A stretch of DNA of 64,000 nt. Source: Minutocellus sp. GHC0000111 (lineage: Eukaryota). Below, one piece after another: positions 1-11,791 of the stretch. Within the stretch, counting starts at the first letter, position 1. Every line of letters begins with the position of its first letter. Under the pieces are notes generated by a model. The model worked only from the letters and a program-made list of their open reading frames with translations, searched no databases and was not told the origin of the DNA. A program made the position numbers and the translations under genes. Location: assembly GCA_977018835.1 (NCBI GenBank), contig OZ361260.1:1054001-1118000 (forward strand), given 5' to 3'.

Positions 1-2193
1 GGCGGACACGGCCGCCCCGGCGAGGGCCAGTACGTTGCCGGACTTGCGCGCCTCGATCTGGTCCATCTTGGTAAGGACCGCGTCGTACTCGATGCACTCG
101 TCGAAGGGGGTGTCCTCCTGCAGCTCCTCGAGGGCCGTGAGAAGATCGTCCTCCTTGCCCTTGTATTTCTCCAGCAGCTCGTCGTGCTGCGTCTGCTGAT
201 CGGGCAGGGCCGAAGCCAGAGCCTTCTGCAGCTCGAGGTTGACGGGATCGAAGGCCGGACCACCGCCGGACGACGCCAGGGCCGCGCGCTTCCTCTCCTT
301 GGCCTCCGCCCGCTTCCGCTGGCGCTCCTCCTTCTCCTTCTTGAGGGCCTCCTGCTGCTCGTCGAAGCCGGCGGGCTTGACCCACGTCACCTCCTTGGTG
401 ATGGTGTGGTAGAAGTAGGTCTTGCCGGACTTTTGGTCGACGGCCTCCTTCCAGATGGCCCGCCGGGGCTTGGTGGAGGACGACGCACCGGCGGGATCCT
501 TCTTGCTCCGATTCTTCTTCTTGCTCTTGGAACGGCGAGCGTCGAGCGCCTCGTCGTAGTCCTCGGGCTTGTCCCACCGAGTCTCCTTGGTGAGGGTGTG
601 GTAGTAGTACGTCTTGCCGGAATTGTCGTCGACGACGGACCTCCAGCCGTGAACACGCTCCTTCTTCTTCTTGCTCTTGCCACCGCTGGCGGCGGCCGAC
701 GACTTGTTGCCGTGATGCTTGTTGAGGGAGCGGGTCCGAGTGCGGAGGGCGTGGACGGCGGCCATCATGCCCAGATTCTTCTTGGAGTGGGACACGTTGG
801 ACCCCGAGCGTTCGATGGACACCTCCCCCTCGGCCCCCTGGACGACCTCGACGTTGGAGAAGGTACGGGTGGGAGTCAGGCCGAGGTCGGTGAGCTCGTC
901 GTCGGGCAGCTCCTCGTTGGCGGCGGCCATCCCGTTGAGGACGGCCTGGTCGGCGGTGGTGGCTTCGTTGCTGGTGGTGGCTGGGGCGTCCTTGGTCTTG
1001 CCGTGGCCCTTCTTGCCCATGCCCAGCATCTTGCGGATGGACTTGCCACCCTTGGACAAAGCCGACTTGTTGGTGGACTGGGTGGTATTGGCGTCGGACT
1101 CGTTGTTGGCGTTGGCGGCGGCCACGGCGGCGGCTCCAAAGACGGCGGCCCCACCGGCAGCCGTAGTCGTGCCGGCACCGATGCCGGCACCCTTGGAGTT
1201 CTGCATGGCACCCTTCTTGGCCACGACGGAGCGGTAGGCATCCACGAGCTCGGGAGGCGGATCCCACTTGGTCTCCTTGGTGACGCGGTTGTAGTAGTAC
1301 GTCCGGCCGGTGGCGGGAACGGTGGCACTCCGCCACGTTTCCAGGGCCGACGCCACGGAGGCATCGACAAAGTCTTCGGTGGGGGCGGCGGAGGCGGCGT
1401 TGGTCGAGGCTGCCGAGGAGATGGGCCGGGAGGAGGAGGAGGCGGCGGCGGCCCGGGCGGCCGCCTGACGGGTGCGGCTCTCCTCCTTGCTCTTGAGGAG
1501 GTTCTTCCGGGCCGCGCTGACCACCTCGTCCTGCTCCATCTGCTGCTGCTGCTGCCGCTGGGCCTCGGCCTCCATGGCCCCGGCCAGATTGGCCGAGGGG
1601 CTGCCATTGTCGGGAGTTTCCACCCCCCCATCGGTATCCGTCCCAGCGCCACCCCGTTCGGGCGTCTGCTGCAGGACGAGCTCGACGTCGTCGTACTCGC
1701 CGACGTCGCTGCTGCGGCCGACGGTGTCGTCGTCGTCCGACAATACCGGGGCGATGCCCCAGATGGGGGCCTTGGCAAACTTTTGGCCCTGGACGCGCTG
1801 TCCGCTGCGTACCTTGGACAGCTGCGAGGCGGCACTTTCCTCACCGGCCTGGCCCTTTTCCAAAATGCCGCACGCCTCGAGGGGCGCCGAGGCATAGTCG
1901 AGGGCGGACGAGACCATGTCGCCCATGTACGAATCGAGGCCCGGCGTCGGCGCCGCGGTGGCCGGGGTGGTCTCCGTGGCACGATTGCGCGATACGATGG
2001 CCACCTTCATGTGGGTGCTGGGCTCCTCCGCGGCGGGAGTGGACAGATTCTTGCGAGATTTGCGCAGAGGCGAGCCCGGTTTCTTCATGCTGACGCCCGA
2101 GAGGAACCGACCGCTCTTGCTCGATTTGCTCACGCCCCCACTACCGCCGCCGGTGGACGACGACCGGGTCTTATTCCGGCCGACGATCGCCAT
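1..2193 (-). CDS. Multi-WW-domain low-complexity protein, 3' end runs off the window
   Basis: Own translation from ATG 2193 (MAIVGRNKTRSSS...), in frame with the codons at the window edge. Three WW motifs: WRSATVPATGRTYYYNRVTKETKWDPP, WRSVVDDNSGKTYYYHTLTKETRWDKP, WKEAVDQKSGKTYFYHTITKEVTWVKP. The + strand 742 aa ORF is its antisense shadow. Confidence 0.85.
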   Translation of the reverse strand, partial: MAIVGRNKTRSSSTGGGSGGVSKSSKSGRFLSGVSMKKPGSPLRKSRKNLSTPAAEEPSTHMKVAIVSRNRATETTPATAAPTPGLDSYMGDMVSSALDYASAPLEACGILEKGQAGEESAASQLSKVRSGQRVQGQKFAKAPIWGIAPVLSDDDDTVGRSSDVGEYDDVELVLQQTPERGGAGTDTDGGVETPDNGSPSANLAGAMEAEAQRQQQQQMEQDEVVSAARKNLLKSKEESRTRQAAARAAAASSSSRPISSAASTNAASAAPTEDFVDASVASALETWRSATVPATGRTYYYNRVTKETKWDPPPELVDAYRSVVAKKGAMQNSKGAGIGAGTTTAAGGAAVFGAAAVAAANANNESDANTTQSTNKSALSKGGKSIRKMLGMGKKGHGKTKDAPATTSNEATTADQAVLNGMAAANEELPDDELTDLGLTPTRTFSNVEVVQGAEGEVSIERSGSNVSHSKKNLGMMAAVHALRTRTRSLNKHHGNKSSAAASGGKSKKKKERVHGWRSVVDDNSGKTYYYHTLTKETRWDKPEDYDEALDARRSKSKKKNRSKKDPAGASSSTKPRRAIWKEAVDQKSGKTYFYHTITKEVTWVKPAGFDEQQEALKKEKEERQRKRAEAKERKRAALASSGGGPAFDPVNLELQKALASALPDQQTQHDELLEKYKGKEDDLLTALEELQEDTPFDECIEYDAVLTKMDQIEARKSGNVLALAGAAVSA

Positions 2194-4332
2194 GATGTAT
2201 GGGATAGGGTCACTTTCAATATATCGTCTGGAACTCCAAAAGTCAACTTTTTGCAAAGGTTCTCCACAAACGAAGCTCAACTTAGCTCAAGTCAGCGCGC
2301 ACAAAACAAAGCCGCCTGTGCTGAATGCAATGCCCCGCCCTCTCCACGAAGTTATCTTCAAAAGAAAGAAGGAAAAGAATCACACACAAGACGTGGCTGG
2401 GCTGGGTGCTAGTCCGATATGTGCTCCGAAGTTCTATTCAAAGATACAGCAACTAAACTGCAGGCCGATCGATTAGGAACCAGGCGTTGTGATGGGGACA
2501 ACAAGGCGCAACTACTTCCACGGCACTTGCGGACAATGAGGCGAGCGTGCACCTCTCTGTCTCCACGGACCAATATGTGAGTGGACCGGCTATCTACGGC
2601 GGGTGGAGAAAGAGCGCGGTTTCCGCCAAGCCGCGATTTCCCGATAAAATCAACTCAAACGATGCGCCCTCGATCGATCGACGGGCAGTAATCAATGGAT
2701 CAATCGATCAGACTATATATATGCCTATTCTCTCTTGCAAATGATACGACGGCAATAGCTATGCTCTCCCCTCATTCGATTCTTGTCAGTACCGGCAGGC
2801 GCCAGCAGCACTTGGCTGAGGGCTTGTCGTGTTGAAGGGAGTTTTTTTCCCGGCAGTCAGGTGCGCGCTTGTGTTTTGCTCCTTACCGGATGACATAAAA
2901 TGGAACGTTTTAGCCACACGTCGATCTGACGTCAGATTGCGTGGGAGATTTGTACATGTGTAGGCCTAGAGTGATTCCACGAGACCGCCGACAAAATCGC
3001 CGAAAATAGTAAGGCACTAGGAAATTTTTTTGTGCGATACTTTATGCAGCGCAAAAATGAACCCACTAAATGGCCTCTCTCAACACGGCGAAAGCAAGGA
3101 GAATTCATCTCCACAAGAAGGCCACCAAATGATGGTATAACGATAAATAACTCCAAGCCAACCGATGTATACGCCAACTACATGCGTTAGGTGAGTATTG
3201 CATACTTGAAAGCAAACTCATTCGTACATCATGTGCTATTTTAGCAACATCTCCTCATGCCCAGAAATTTTCAATATTTTTTTACCCTCAAAATGGCAAA
3301 GAATGATGGCTGATGCTTGTCTACATCCATTTCAATCCTCCCTGACCGGCATTACTTTCACTTGGGTAATATTGGGAGCAAGTTTGCGCCAGAGGGTCGA
3401 TATTGGGCCCCATCTTTGTATCATTGTGGCCGTCACCATGGAAAGCAAAAACATCTGAAAGTAGCAAATCCCCAACTACAACCCCCTTCAAGCCTCAACC
3501 ACTGTTCCTTCACGCAATATCAGCACGCACGATGCTCATTCTATATTACATCCATCGATCTCACGTGTTGGTTTGGCCGCTTTCTCCGGTTTCGTTCCTC
3601 TCGGGCGGCAGAAGCAATGAAGGTGAAATCTGGTGCCGACATCAGACACGGGACTTTGGGAATAGTTTTCTCTATGAATTGTCAAGAAATGCCACCACCC
3701 CCCACTCAAATGCGCTTGGTATATATATGGGTGAAGCGTCGACGGCTCAGTGCAACGGAAGTGGTGCATGGACCGCATAAAAGCATCCGGACCAACTTTC
3801 GGATGGGTGGTGTAATGGGGGTGGTAATGGCGCTGGGCCACATTTCGCGGTACAGGCACGCACCGACGCACCGCTATCGCCCAAAAATCCCTTCCAGTAA
3901 TATTCAGGAAGGCATCTAGGTGGTCAGAGTGTATGCGATGGCCGGGGTGGTGCTGTACATCGGGCGAACATGGTCGTGATGGAACGTCGGAAACTGTCGA
4001 AAAAATCGGGTCTAACGCGAACGAATTTTTCAAGGCTCAAAAAAGTAATTGCAAGTCTCCTGCTGCACCACAGTGTTGTGAAAGGCTATTACAAGGGTAT
4101 GGTGCCCCGTAGTCTTGATTGTTCTCAATGGGAGGCACGTCGGCGACACATGTTGTGGCCCCATTCGTTGAACGAAATGGGTTTTGTTTCGTTATAAAGT
4201 TTGATGTATTTTTTCTTTCTTGAAACAGCACAAGTGTATTCTACGACATAAAAATAAATTTTCAAACAATAGTGTACCAAAAGAAACACTCTAATACCGT
4301 ATCTATATCATGTGCAAAAAGAGCACCAAGAT

Positions 4333-4419
4333 CATTGTACCAACTTCCTTTTATTGTTGATTATGGTCTACAATACCCTTCTGAGTAAGGATCATCAATA
4401 AAAGGAAGTTGGTACAATG
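4333..4419. repeat. Perfect 24-bp inverted repeat (hairpin or MITE-like)
   Basis: CATTGTACCAACTTCCTTTTATTG (4333-4356) pairs with CAATAAAAGGAAGTTGGTACAATG (4396-4419); 39-nt loop. Confidence 0.9.
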
Positions 4420-4653
4420 TTTACGAAACATCGCGGAGGGGGTGTCTGCTCTCTCGTGAAATCACTCTGTAGTGTTTTTTGCACGACGCGACCGATGCCG
4501 AAGAGAATGGATGGATGGAGCCGAGGAATAGAACAGTACCGGTACAAAATGTAGAAATATTCAACCCCAATCTTTATTTGCTCTATTCTATCTATCTTTC
4601 GAATATCTAGCTCGAAAGTTGCGGTACCGTTGCATTAGATCTAGCATGTTTCG

Positions 4654-6712
4654 TCACATCACCACGACAATTCCCATCTTCTTCAATCCCTTTTCTTCAA
4701 AATTCTGTCGAAACATGCCCCTCAGTTTCGTAGCAGTCTCATCGTAGGCTTCCTTGTCCTTCCAAATGTTCCGAGGATTCAAAATCTCATTAGGAACTCC
4801 AGTACAAGTCTTTGGAATTGTCAACCCAAATATTGAATCCTTCTCCACCTCCACATCGTCCAATTCACCGGCGAGGGCCGCATTCAACAGAGCTCGAGTA
4901 TACCGAATGGGCATGCGGTCGCCCGTACCATAAGATCCTCCAGACCAGCCGGTATTTAGCAAGGTGCAGCGAGTTTGATGCTTCTCCATCTTCTGAGCGA
5001 GGAGGTTGGCATATACCGAGGGATAATGAGACATGAAGGGTGCCCCAAAACAAGCCGAAAATGCAGCCTTGGGTTCCTTGATGCCAACTTCGGTGCCTGC
5101 CAGCTTGGAGGAGTAGCCGGTGACAAAGTGATACATGACTTCTTCCTTATTGAGGAGGGAGACGGGCGGTAAAACGCCAAAGGCATCGGCGGTAAGCAAG
5201 ACAACGGTCTCCGGATGACCGCCCCGAGCTCCCTCCATGACTTGTGGGTTGCACTCCAGCCCATAGGCAAAGCGAGTATTTTCCGTAATGCTTCGATCGG
5301 TCAGATCCAGCTCCTGTGGATCCACGTCGCAAAGTCGACAGCCTGGTAGAGGCGGGACATTTTCAATGACGGTGCAGGGCATGGAGAGGGCGGAAGCTAT
5401 CACGGGCTCGGCTTGCTTGTCAAGGTCAATCAACTTTGCGTAGCACCCATCTTCAATGTTGGATATGCCATCATCGGTCCAGCCTATCTCATCATCACCA
5501 ATGAATTGGCGATTCGGATCAGCACTGAGCGTAGTCTTTCCGGTACCGGACAAACCGAAAAGTATTGCGGAATCGCCCTCTTCTCCCACATTTGCCGATG
5601 CATGCATAGGAAGGCCGCCCATCTTTGGAAGTAAAAAGTTCATAACTGTAAACATGGTCTTCTTGATGGTACCACAGTAATCGGCAGGACCAACAACGAG
5701 GGCAAGCCTGTGGCGAAAGTCAACAATGATCGCGGCGTCGCTTCGACTCCCATCGCGCTCCGGTATGGTACGAAATGACGGCACATTCACCAACGTCCAG
5801 CGCTTGGAATCGATTTTTTTTAAACCCTTCACCGCTTTTGGGAACATCGTCTTGGCGAAGAGTGCGTGCTTGGCATATTCTCCAACAAAACGAAATGGTA
5901 TGGCGTACGAGGGATCGCGTCCAACATATAAATCTTCGACGTAGAGCGTCCCTTTCTTTTCATTGAGATACTCAATTGTTCGTTGCAGCAATTGTTCATA
6001 CTGATCCGGATCGTACTTGCCAAAGTCGGATTTCCACCAAACTTCATCTTCAATTTCTGGATAGGCTGCGGCAAAGGTATCAGCGGTCCTTCTCCCTGTC
6101 GCGTCTGGATCCGTGTAGAACATCAGAGGACCCTTCTCACAGAGCTTGGTCGCGAACGCCTTTTGATCAGCGTAGGATCCACCCTCCTTGGTTCGTCCTC
6201 GGTCATTCTCAATGGCATCGTTAAATAGCTGTGTTTTGGTCAGATTGTATCGCAAATCGATATTGTCAACATCTAGCCCCAGTATTTTGTTGAGGTCAGA
6301 AGCATAGTCGCTCGGTGCAATAGTAGTAGTAGTAGGCGAAACATGCTTTGACTTTGTCGACACCCTACATGTACTTTCAAGCTGGGTCGATGGGATGGGT
6401 GTCAAACCAACGAGTGGCTGACAAAAGTGTTTTGATGACCCCTCCATCTCTTGTTTTCGAAGCGGTGCTTTCCAGCATACCCTTCTCGACACCTTCCAAC
6501 ATGCCCTCCTTGACGGTAGCTGCAGTATGCGATGGGATGACACAGACCACAAAGGGCGTTCGCCTCACAAGAGCGGTACATGTAGGGCGACGAGGATGAG
6601 ACCGACGTCCCAGGGCAGGTGCCTGTTGTGGATTGACGACGAAGGCATCACATGTTCTGATTAGCGAAAATAACAACAAATAGAAAATTACCTGTCGTTG
6701 AAGTACGTGCAT
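4654..6712 (-). CDS. pckA: ATP-dependent phosphoenolpyruvate carboxykinase; N-terminal presequence in a different frame (apparent frameshift at ~6380-6550)
   Basis: Motifs MHASANVG, LFGLSGTGKTTLSADP, IGDDE, GCYAK, ENTR, LTADAFGVLPP, FSACFGAPF, NTGWSGG. ORF 6377-6712 supplies a signal peptide ending TCDAF. Confidence 0.92.
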
Positions 6713-7216
6713 TTGTGTTGGTGATGGATGGTCTTCTGGTGGTTCGTCAGATCTTTATCAATTGGTTTTTATGTTCGTGGCTGCAATGTGCTTAGATTCG
6801 GTATTGATTCGTTTGGTTGTCAGTGCATAATTATTCTTTTGTGCGGGCCCATCGTCGTGATCACAAGGCCCCCTACCGGCACCATTCACGGCGAAGAGCC
6901 GCTGGAGCGGCGGCTGACAACATGGTGCCACCCATTGCCATCACAAGTCGTGAGAGGTTGATGGCGCGGCCGCGCCATTTTGTTCCTGTAGAAAAAAATT
7001 CAAATGGAATTGTGTCTGGCCTTCGTCGGTACGAAGTGAAATTTGAACGGAGAAGAGAAATTTTTGAATCTGCCGCTGTGTTGCTTTCTGCTCTAAACTA
7101 CGTAGTAGCTACACGTCCTGTTCACTCTTTAAAAGCAATAGAGATATCCCGTTCTCTAATTTATTTACAAAATCTGAAGTAGATGTAAATGCTAGCTGCC
7201 GTTCTATTGATCTGCC

Positions 7217-8322
7217 TCAAATGTTGTTGTTGGCGCCACCAGCCGCCGAGGCATCAAAGCTGCAGCTCTCGGCCGAGGTCGAGGAGCAAAGGAGCGACGA
7301 ATAGGTGGAAGTAGACGACAGCTGGACGGTGCTGCCGTCGGTGGTGCTGGTCCACGAGGCATGGATGAGGGGATGGTGCAGATATTGCAGATTGCTGCCG
7401 CTGCTGCCGTGTTGATTATTTTGCTCATCGTGGTACAGACGAGAGCGGAACGGACTTCGCTGTTGCTCTTGCTGCCGATCCACGTCGTCTTCGACGTAGG
7501 AGTTGATGTTGCTAATGGTAGGAGTTGAGGGGGCGAGCTTGGAAGTGTATCCTTGGTGGTGATGGGCGGCATCCCCGTCGTTGTTGCGGCCCCCTCCTCC
7601 CTGCTGATGCTGCTGATTCTGATTTTGAATCTCGGTCACGCCCGAGGGTGAAAAGGATCGTTGTCCGTTCTGGTCTTGGCCTGGGAGCAGCGTGGTATCG
7701 TTGTTCGTTGGAGATGATGTTTGAAAGAAGCTGGGCTGGATCTGATTCGTAGCAAGCACGCTCTGGTCGGTGTTCAGTACGACGGTACTGGTGGATACGT
7801 CCGGCGTGACGGGGGCTGGGTTGGCACGGAAAAAGGGCGAAAAGTCGATTGCGCCTGTTGGCATGTTGGCGGAGGGAGTGGACGTGTTGTAGCGACGAAG
7901 CACGTCGTCTTGCTCGATGGAAGTATCGCGGAGGATTTGGTGTCCATATCAACGTCGCCTCCCTCGCAGCAGCTGTCTCCTCGGACGATGGCGCCATATC
8001 TATCATTATTCGAAGCCGAGTCGTAGGAGCTGATGGGATTGGCCCTGGTAATGGCCAGAAAGGGCGAGGGTTCAAAAGATTCACGCGGTTGGTATTCAGA
8101 CGGAGATCTGTCAATCCCGGGGGAAGGTTGAGCAAAAGGCGCACCGTCCTCAATGGGTCGTTCCATCGGAGCAACGCCGTCGGCCTCCCGGAAGATTTGG
8201 TGGCACGAAAATGGCACATCGTCGTTGCTGCCGCTCATTTCGCCGCTGCTGGAGGATGAGAGGCCGAGCTGCCGGCAGGGGCTGCTGTAGGCGAGCAGTT
8301 GTGACGATGATTGGTGCTCCAT
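7217..8322 (-). CDS. Hypothetical S/Q/N-rich protein, probably frameshifted near 7890
   Basis: Two overlapping ORFs (7774-8322, 7217-7903) with coding-like composition; no recognisable domain. Confidence 0.45.
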
Positions 8323-8545
8323 GATGTGAGTATATATATGTGTGCATACAATCGGTTATCACTTGAAAGCAATTATTTGAATGAAGACTGTTGCTTCCGA
8401 TTATTTGAATGAAGCTTAGTGGTGGCAAGTTTTTTCTCCATCTCAAATTTTGGTCGCAAAAATTTGAATGTCGTCGAACCGTAACCCACAGATTTGAACA
8501 CAATAATCTGTCCGTTGCAACCAAACGATTCGACGATTCGAATAC

Positions 8546-9343
8546 ATGTACAGGCAGCATGTACCTCTTCAGAAGTACATCATCGCCTTTACTGAATTTG
8601 AAATCGCTCGACGACCGAACGACGCTGTCGAGAGAGAAACTGGAACTGAGCTACAGGTTGTAATCGTCGATAGAGTCAGTTACAACATTCTTGCAAACGG
8701 GTCGGGGCTGGGGGGTTTGATATCGGAGAGGGAGTATGCAAACGATCTTTTCAGCGGATTGCATAATGGCCGCGCAGACAAGCAGAGCGGAGCTTTGGTA
8801 CTCGTCTTATTGCAGCAGCAACGTGTTGAGATTGCAGTCAGTAAGGATTTGAATCCCTACTTGGCATCACAATCTTATGGCACAACCTCCTATTGGTGCA
8901 CTGACATGCCCAAACGAGGGGCAGTGCCCATGTTCCAATCTGACTGCTACGGTGAATGGATATACAATGTAGTTGTTGGCGTCGCGAATGAAACACGAGC
9001 GATTGACGGCGGTGTCGCTTCGAAGCGGCCTTCTTCTACTGACGATATTCCTGATGCACTCGCTAAGATGTCATTGGTCGGGCTTCCTGGTGTTATTGTC
9101 TGGACCATTGGTTGTGACATCATTCACGATAGAATGTACCCCATGGGAGAGGGTTATGACTGTTCCCAGTGTGGAGGTAAAAAGTGGAAGAAAGTTGGCT
9201 CCGCCTGGGTCCAAGAGCCGACGTACGATACAGATGGCTTGGAGAAGATAATATGCAAGTGCTCGAGTTGTGGTTTTGAAGACTCTACGACTCGGAAAGT
9301 GTCAAAACTTTCGGGTTCTGACTTTAGCGGATCTAGACCTTGA
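8546..9343 (+). pseudogene. TPM (YgcG/Psb32-like) domain protein with C-terminal CxxC pairs; 5' end appears replaced
   Basis: ERETGTELQVVIVD...YANDLF...GALVLVLLQQQRVEIAVSKDL...PMFQSDCYG matches the TPM pattern; CSQC and CSSC motifs follow. The 5' part overlaps a duplicated non-coding segment. Confidence 0.6.
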
Positions 9344-9628
9344 CATCTGAATGCGGACTGTAAGACACACATGTAAGATTGTCGGCACGCGTGCCGAAAA
9401 ACGATAATCTATCTCCATTTACATCGTCAAATAAATACATGTACATCACGGAGTATTGCAGACGACACGTGTAGGAATTCCTATTTCAGCCATTTAATCC
9501 AGACACATTGGGCCCTTGAACCCAGGCTGTGCGCTTTGAGCGCAAGCCCACCAGTCCATGCTCATGCGATGTTCCAAGAAGTACATCATCGCCTTTATTA
9601 AATTTGAACTCGCTCGAGCCGAACGACG
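8571..9628 (+). repeat. Imperfect ~53-bp direct repeat pair (8571-8624 and 9577-9628)
   Basis: AGAAGTACATCATCGCCTTTA(CTG/TTA)AATTTGAA(A/C)TCGCTCGA..CCGAACGACG in both positions. Confidence 0.85.
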
Positions 9629-9704
9629 AAGTTCTTGTCAAAGAAGGCAAGGCGGAAGGCGAGTGCACGAGAAGCAAAGCCAAGTGCATAACCTATGTCT
9701 ACCC

Positions 9705-11327
9705 ATGATGAAAAGGCCAGCATTGCATGTATCTTTATCGCTTGCCATCGCTGGAACGTCATGCGTGATCCAGCGGTCCAATGCATTTTCCAGCACGTCG
9801 GTGCCATCGCCACCTCACCAAAGACAACACCATCTGCTAAAAGCTTGCGGCAGTGAGGATGATTTCGATTCCATACATGAAAACCGAAGAGATTTCCTCT
9901 CTGATGCGGCAAAAGCATCCATATTTTCCATTATTGCGTCGTCATCATCATCTCCCGCACATGCGAATGACGACATAATGAAGGACGATGGCAAGGTGGC
10001 ATTGCGGACCAGCACCAACAACATTCCCCAACGATACGTCGGTACATCTGCCCAGCCTGTAGCAGCAGATGACGATTTTACAATCGGTTCTGGCAGCGCG
10101 GACTCACCAGCCGCCGCTGTATGCGGTCCCGACCCCGACGAGAGGAGAATTGCCGTCTTTGAGCGCGTCGCACCCTCGGTCGTTTACATCGACACGTTCG
10201 TGGAGGCCAGAGACGCCTTCTCTCCGAATGTTATGGAGGTACCCCTCGGTGCCGGAAGTGGATTCGTTTGGGATGACAAGGGACACATTGTGACGAATTA
10301 TCACGTTGTGAACAAAATGCAGCAGGCGCAGGTGGCGATTCTTACCAAGGTAATGCCCGATGCACCGACCACGACCGCCTCCAAACCTGCCTCCCCGTCG
10401 GTGGCCAATCGCAATCAGCAGAAGCAGGAATCGGGACAGTTTCGTACGTCGATGAGACCAACGTCGTTGGGTTCCGACATGGTGGACTACACACGAAAGA
10501 TCTACAAGGCCAAGGTGATTGGCGTGGACCCCGGAAAAGATATTGCGGTGCTCAAGGTCGATGCACCGGTCTTTGATTTGTATCCCATCTCGGTGGGCAC
10601 CAGCGCTGGTCTGCGCGTAGGTCAGGCATGTCTTGCTATTGGAAACCCATTTGGCCTTGACCACACGCTGACGTCAGGTATTATTAGTGGGATGGGACGT
10701 GAAATCAAGAGTCCCGTCGGTAGGCCCATATCGAACGTGATCCAGACAGATGCAGCGATTAACCCCGGAAATTCTGGCGGGCCGCTTCTCGATGCAAAGA
10801 CTGGAAAGCTCATTGGAATGTCAACCGCCATTTTCAGCACTTCTGGTGCATCGGCTGGGATTGGCTTTGCCATTCCCGTCGACTCGGTCAAGTTCATTGT
10901 GGAAACGCTAATTCGTGACGGAAGAGTGATTCGGCCCGTTCTTGGTGTATCATTGCTGGAATCTAAGCAAGCGAGGGCTCTTGGAATCAACAAGGGCGTT
11001 TTGGTGCTCAATGTACCGACGACAAGCCCAGCATTCAAGGCAGGTATGAAGGGAACGTCCCGAACGGAGGCAGGTCTTATTGAGATTGGTGATATCATTG
11101 TGAAAGTGGATGACAAGAATATTGACACCGAAGCGGACTTGTTCCAAGCATTGGAAAATTACAAACCCGGCGATAGAATAAAGGTCACTGTGAATAGACC
11201 TGGAAGTGAATCTCCCAACAGCACCAAGCTGAAGTTGAAAGAGGTGACGCTGACGGTTCAGTTGACGAGCAGCGACATGATCAAGAACATTATGTCGCTG
11301 AAACAACAGAACAGTAAGCAAAGCTAA
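9705..11327 (+). CDS. degP: Deg/HtrA serine protease with PDZ domain (Deg1-like, predicted thylakoid lumen)
   Basis: GSGFVWD, TNYHV, DIAVLK, AIGNPFG, QTDAAINPGNSGGPL, then a PDZ. Signal peptide plus SNAF motif and twin-arginine RRDFL. Confidence 0.93.
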   Translation: MMKRPALHVSLSLAIAGTSCVIQRSNAFSSTSVPSPPHQRQHHLLKACGSEDDFDSIHENRRDFLSDAAKASIFSIIASSSSSPAHANDDIMKDDGKVALRTSTNNIPQRYVGTSAQPVAADDDFTIGSGSADSPAAAVCGPDPDERRIAVFERVAPSVVYIDTFVEARDAFSPNVMEVPLGAGSGFVWDDKGHIVTNYHVVNKMQQAQVAILTKVMPDAPTTTASKPASPSVANRNQQKQESGQFRTSMRPTSLGSDMVDYTRKIYKAKVIGVDPGKDIAVLKVDAPVFDLYPISVGTSAGLRVGQACLAIGNPFGLDHTLTSGIISGMGREIKSPVGRPISNVIQTDAAINPGNSGGPLLDAKTGKLIGMSTAIFSTSGASAGIGFAIPVDSVKFIVETLIRDGRVIRPVLGVSLLESKQARALGINKGVLVLNVPTTSPAFKAGMKGTSRTEAGLIEIGDIIVKVDDKNIDTEADLFQALENYKPGDRIKVTVNRPGSESPNSTKLKLKEVTLTVQLTSSDMIKNIMSLKQQNSKQS

Positions 11328-11791
11328 ATTTTTGAGTTGCGATGCATGAATACTTGCACATACATTAGAATTTGCGTGTATAACCACTAGCACGGCACTC
11401 AGTACCTGGTTTGCTTGCTCTTGTGGTGTTCTCTTGCTTCCTCCTCCTGCTCAGCCTTCAATCGGTTGACTTCACGAAATCGGTCGAACAAGTCCATTTT
11501 GATAATTCTGACAGACGCCGGCACGTCTCGACCACCGCATTTTTGAATGAGTCAGTGCATGCCATCAAAGAACTCGAAGGAGGCAGTCGCCGCAGCACAA
11601 CTTTCATTCATTACGTTGCCAACCCAAGCCGTCTCTCACTGAGAAACATTCAATTCTAATCCTCTCTCTCCCATCTCCTACTCTGCCGAGGTTTGCTGCC
11701 GCTGATTTCTAGCGCTCTTCTTTCATCGCATCACCACCTAATACGTAGTATCATTCAATCGCACAAGAATTCTCGGCCGCCAAAATTTTTC

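Noticed and set aside
184..2412. 742-aa + strand ORF
   Set aside because: Antisense shadow of the GC3-rich WW-domain gene. The same applies to 57951-59450(-), 60502-61434(+), 32107-33009(+) and 39531-40445(-).
2930..4230. Several 60-200 aa ORFs in the gene-free tract
   Set aside because: No recognisable motifs or coding bias, and no termini found to support a TE call.
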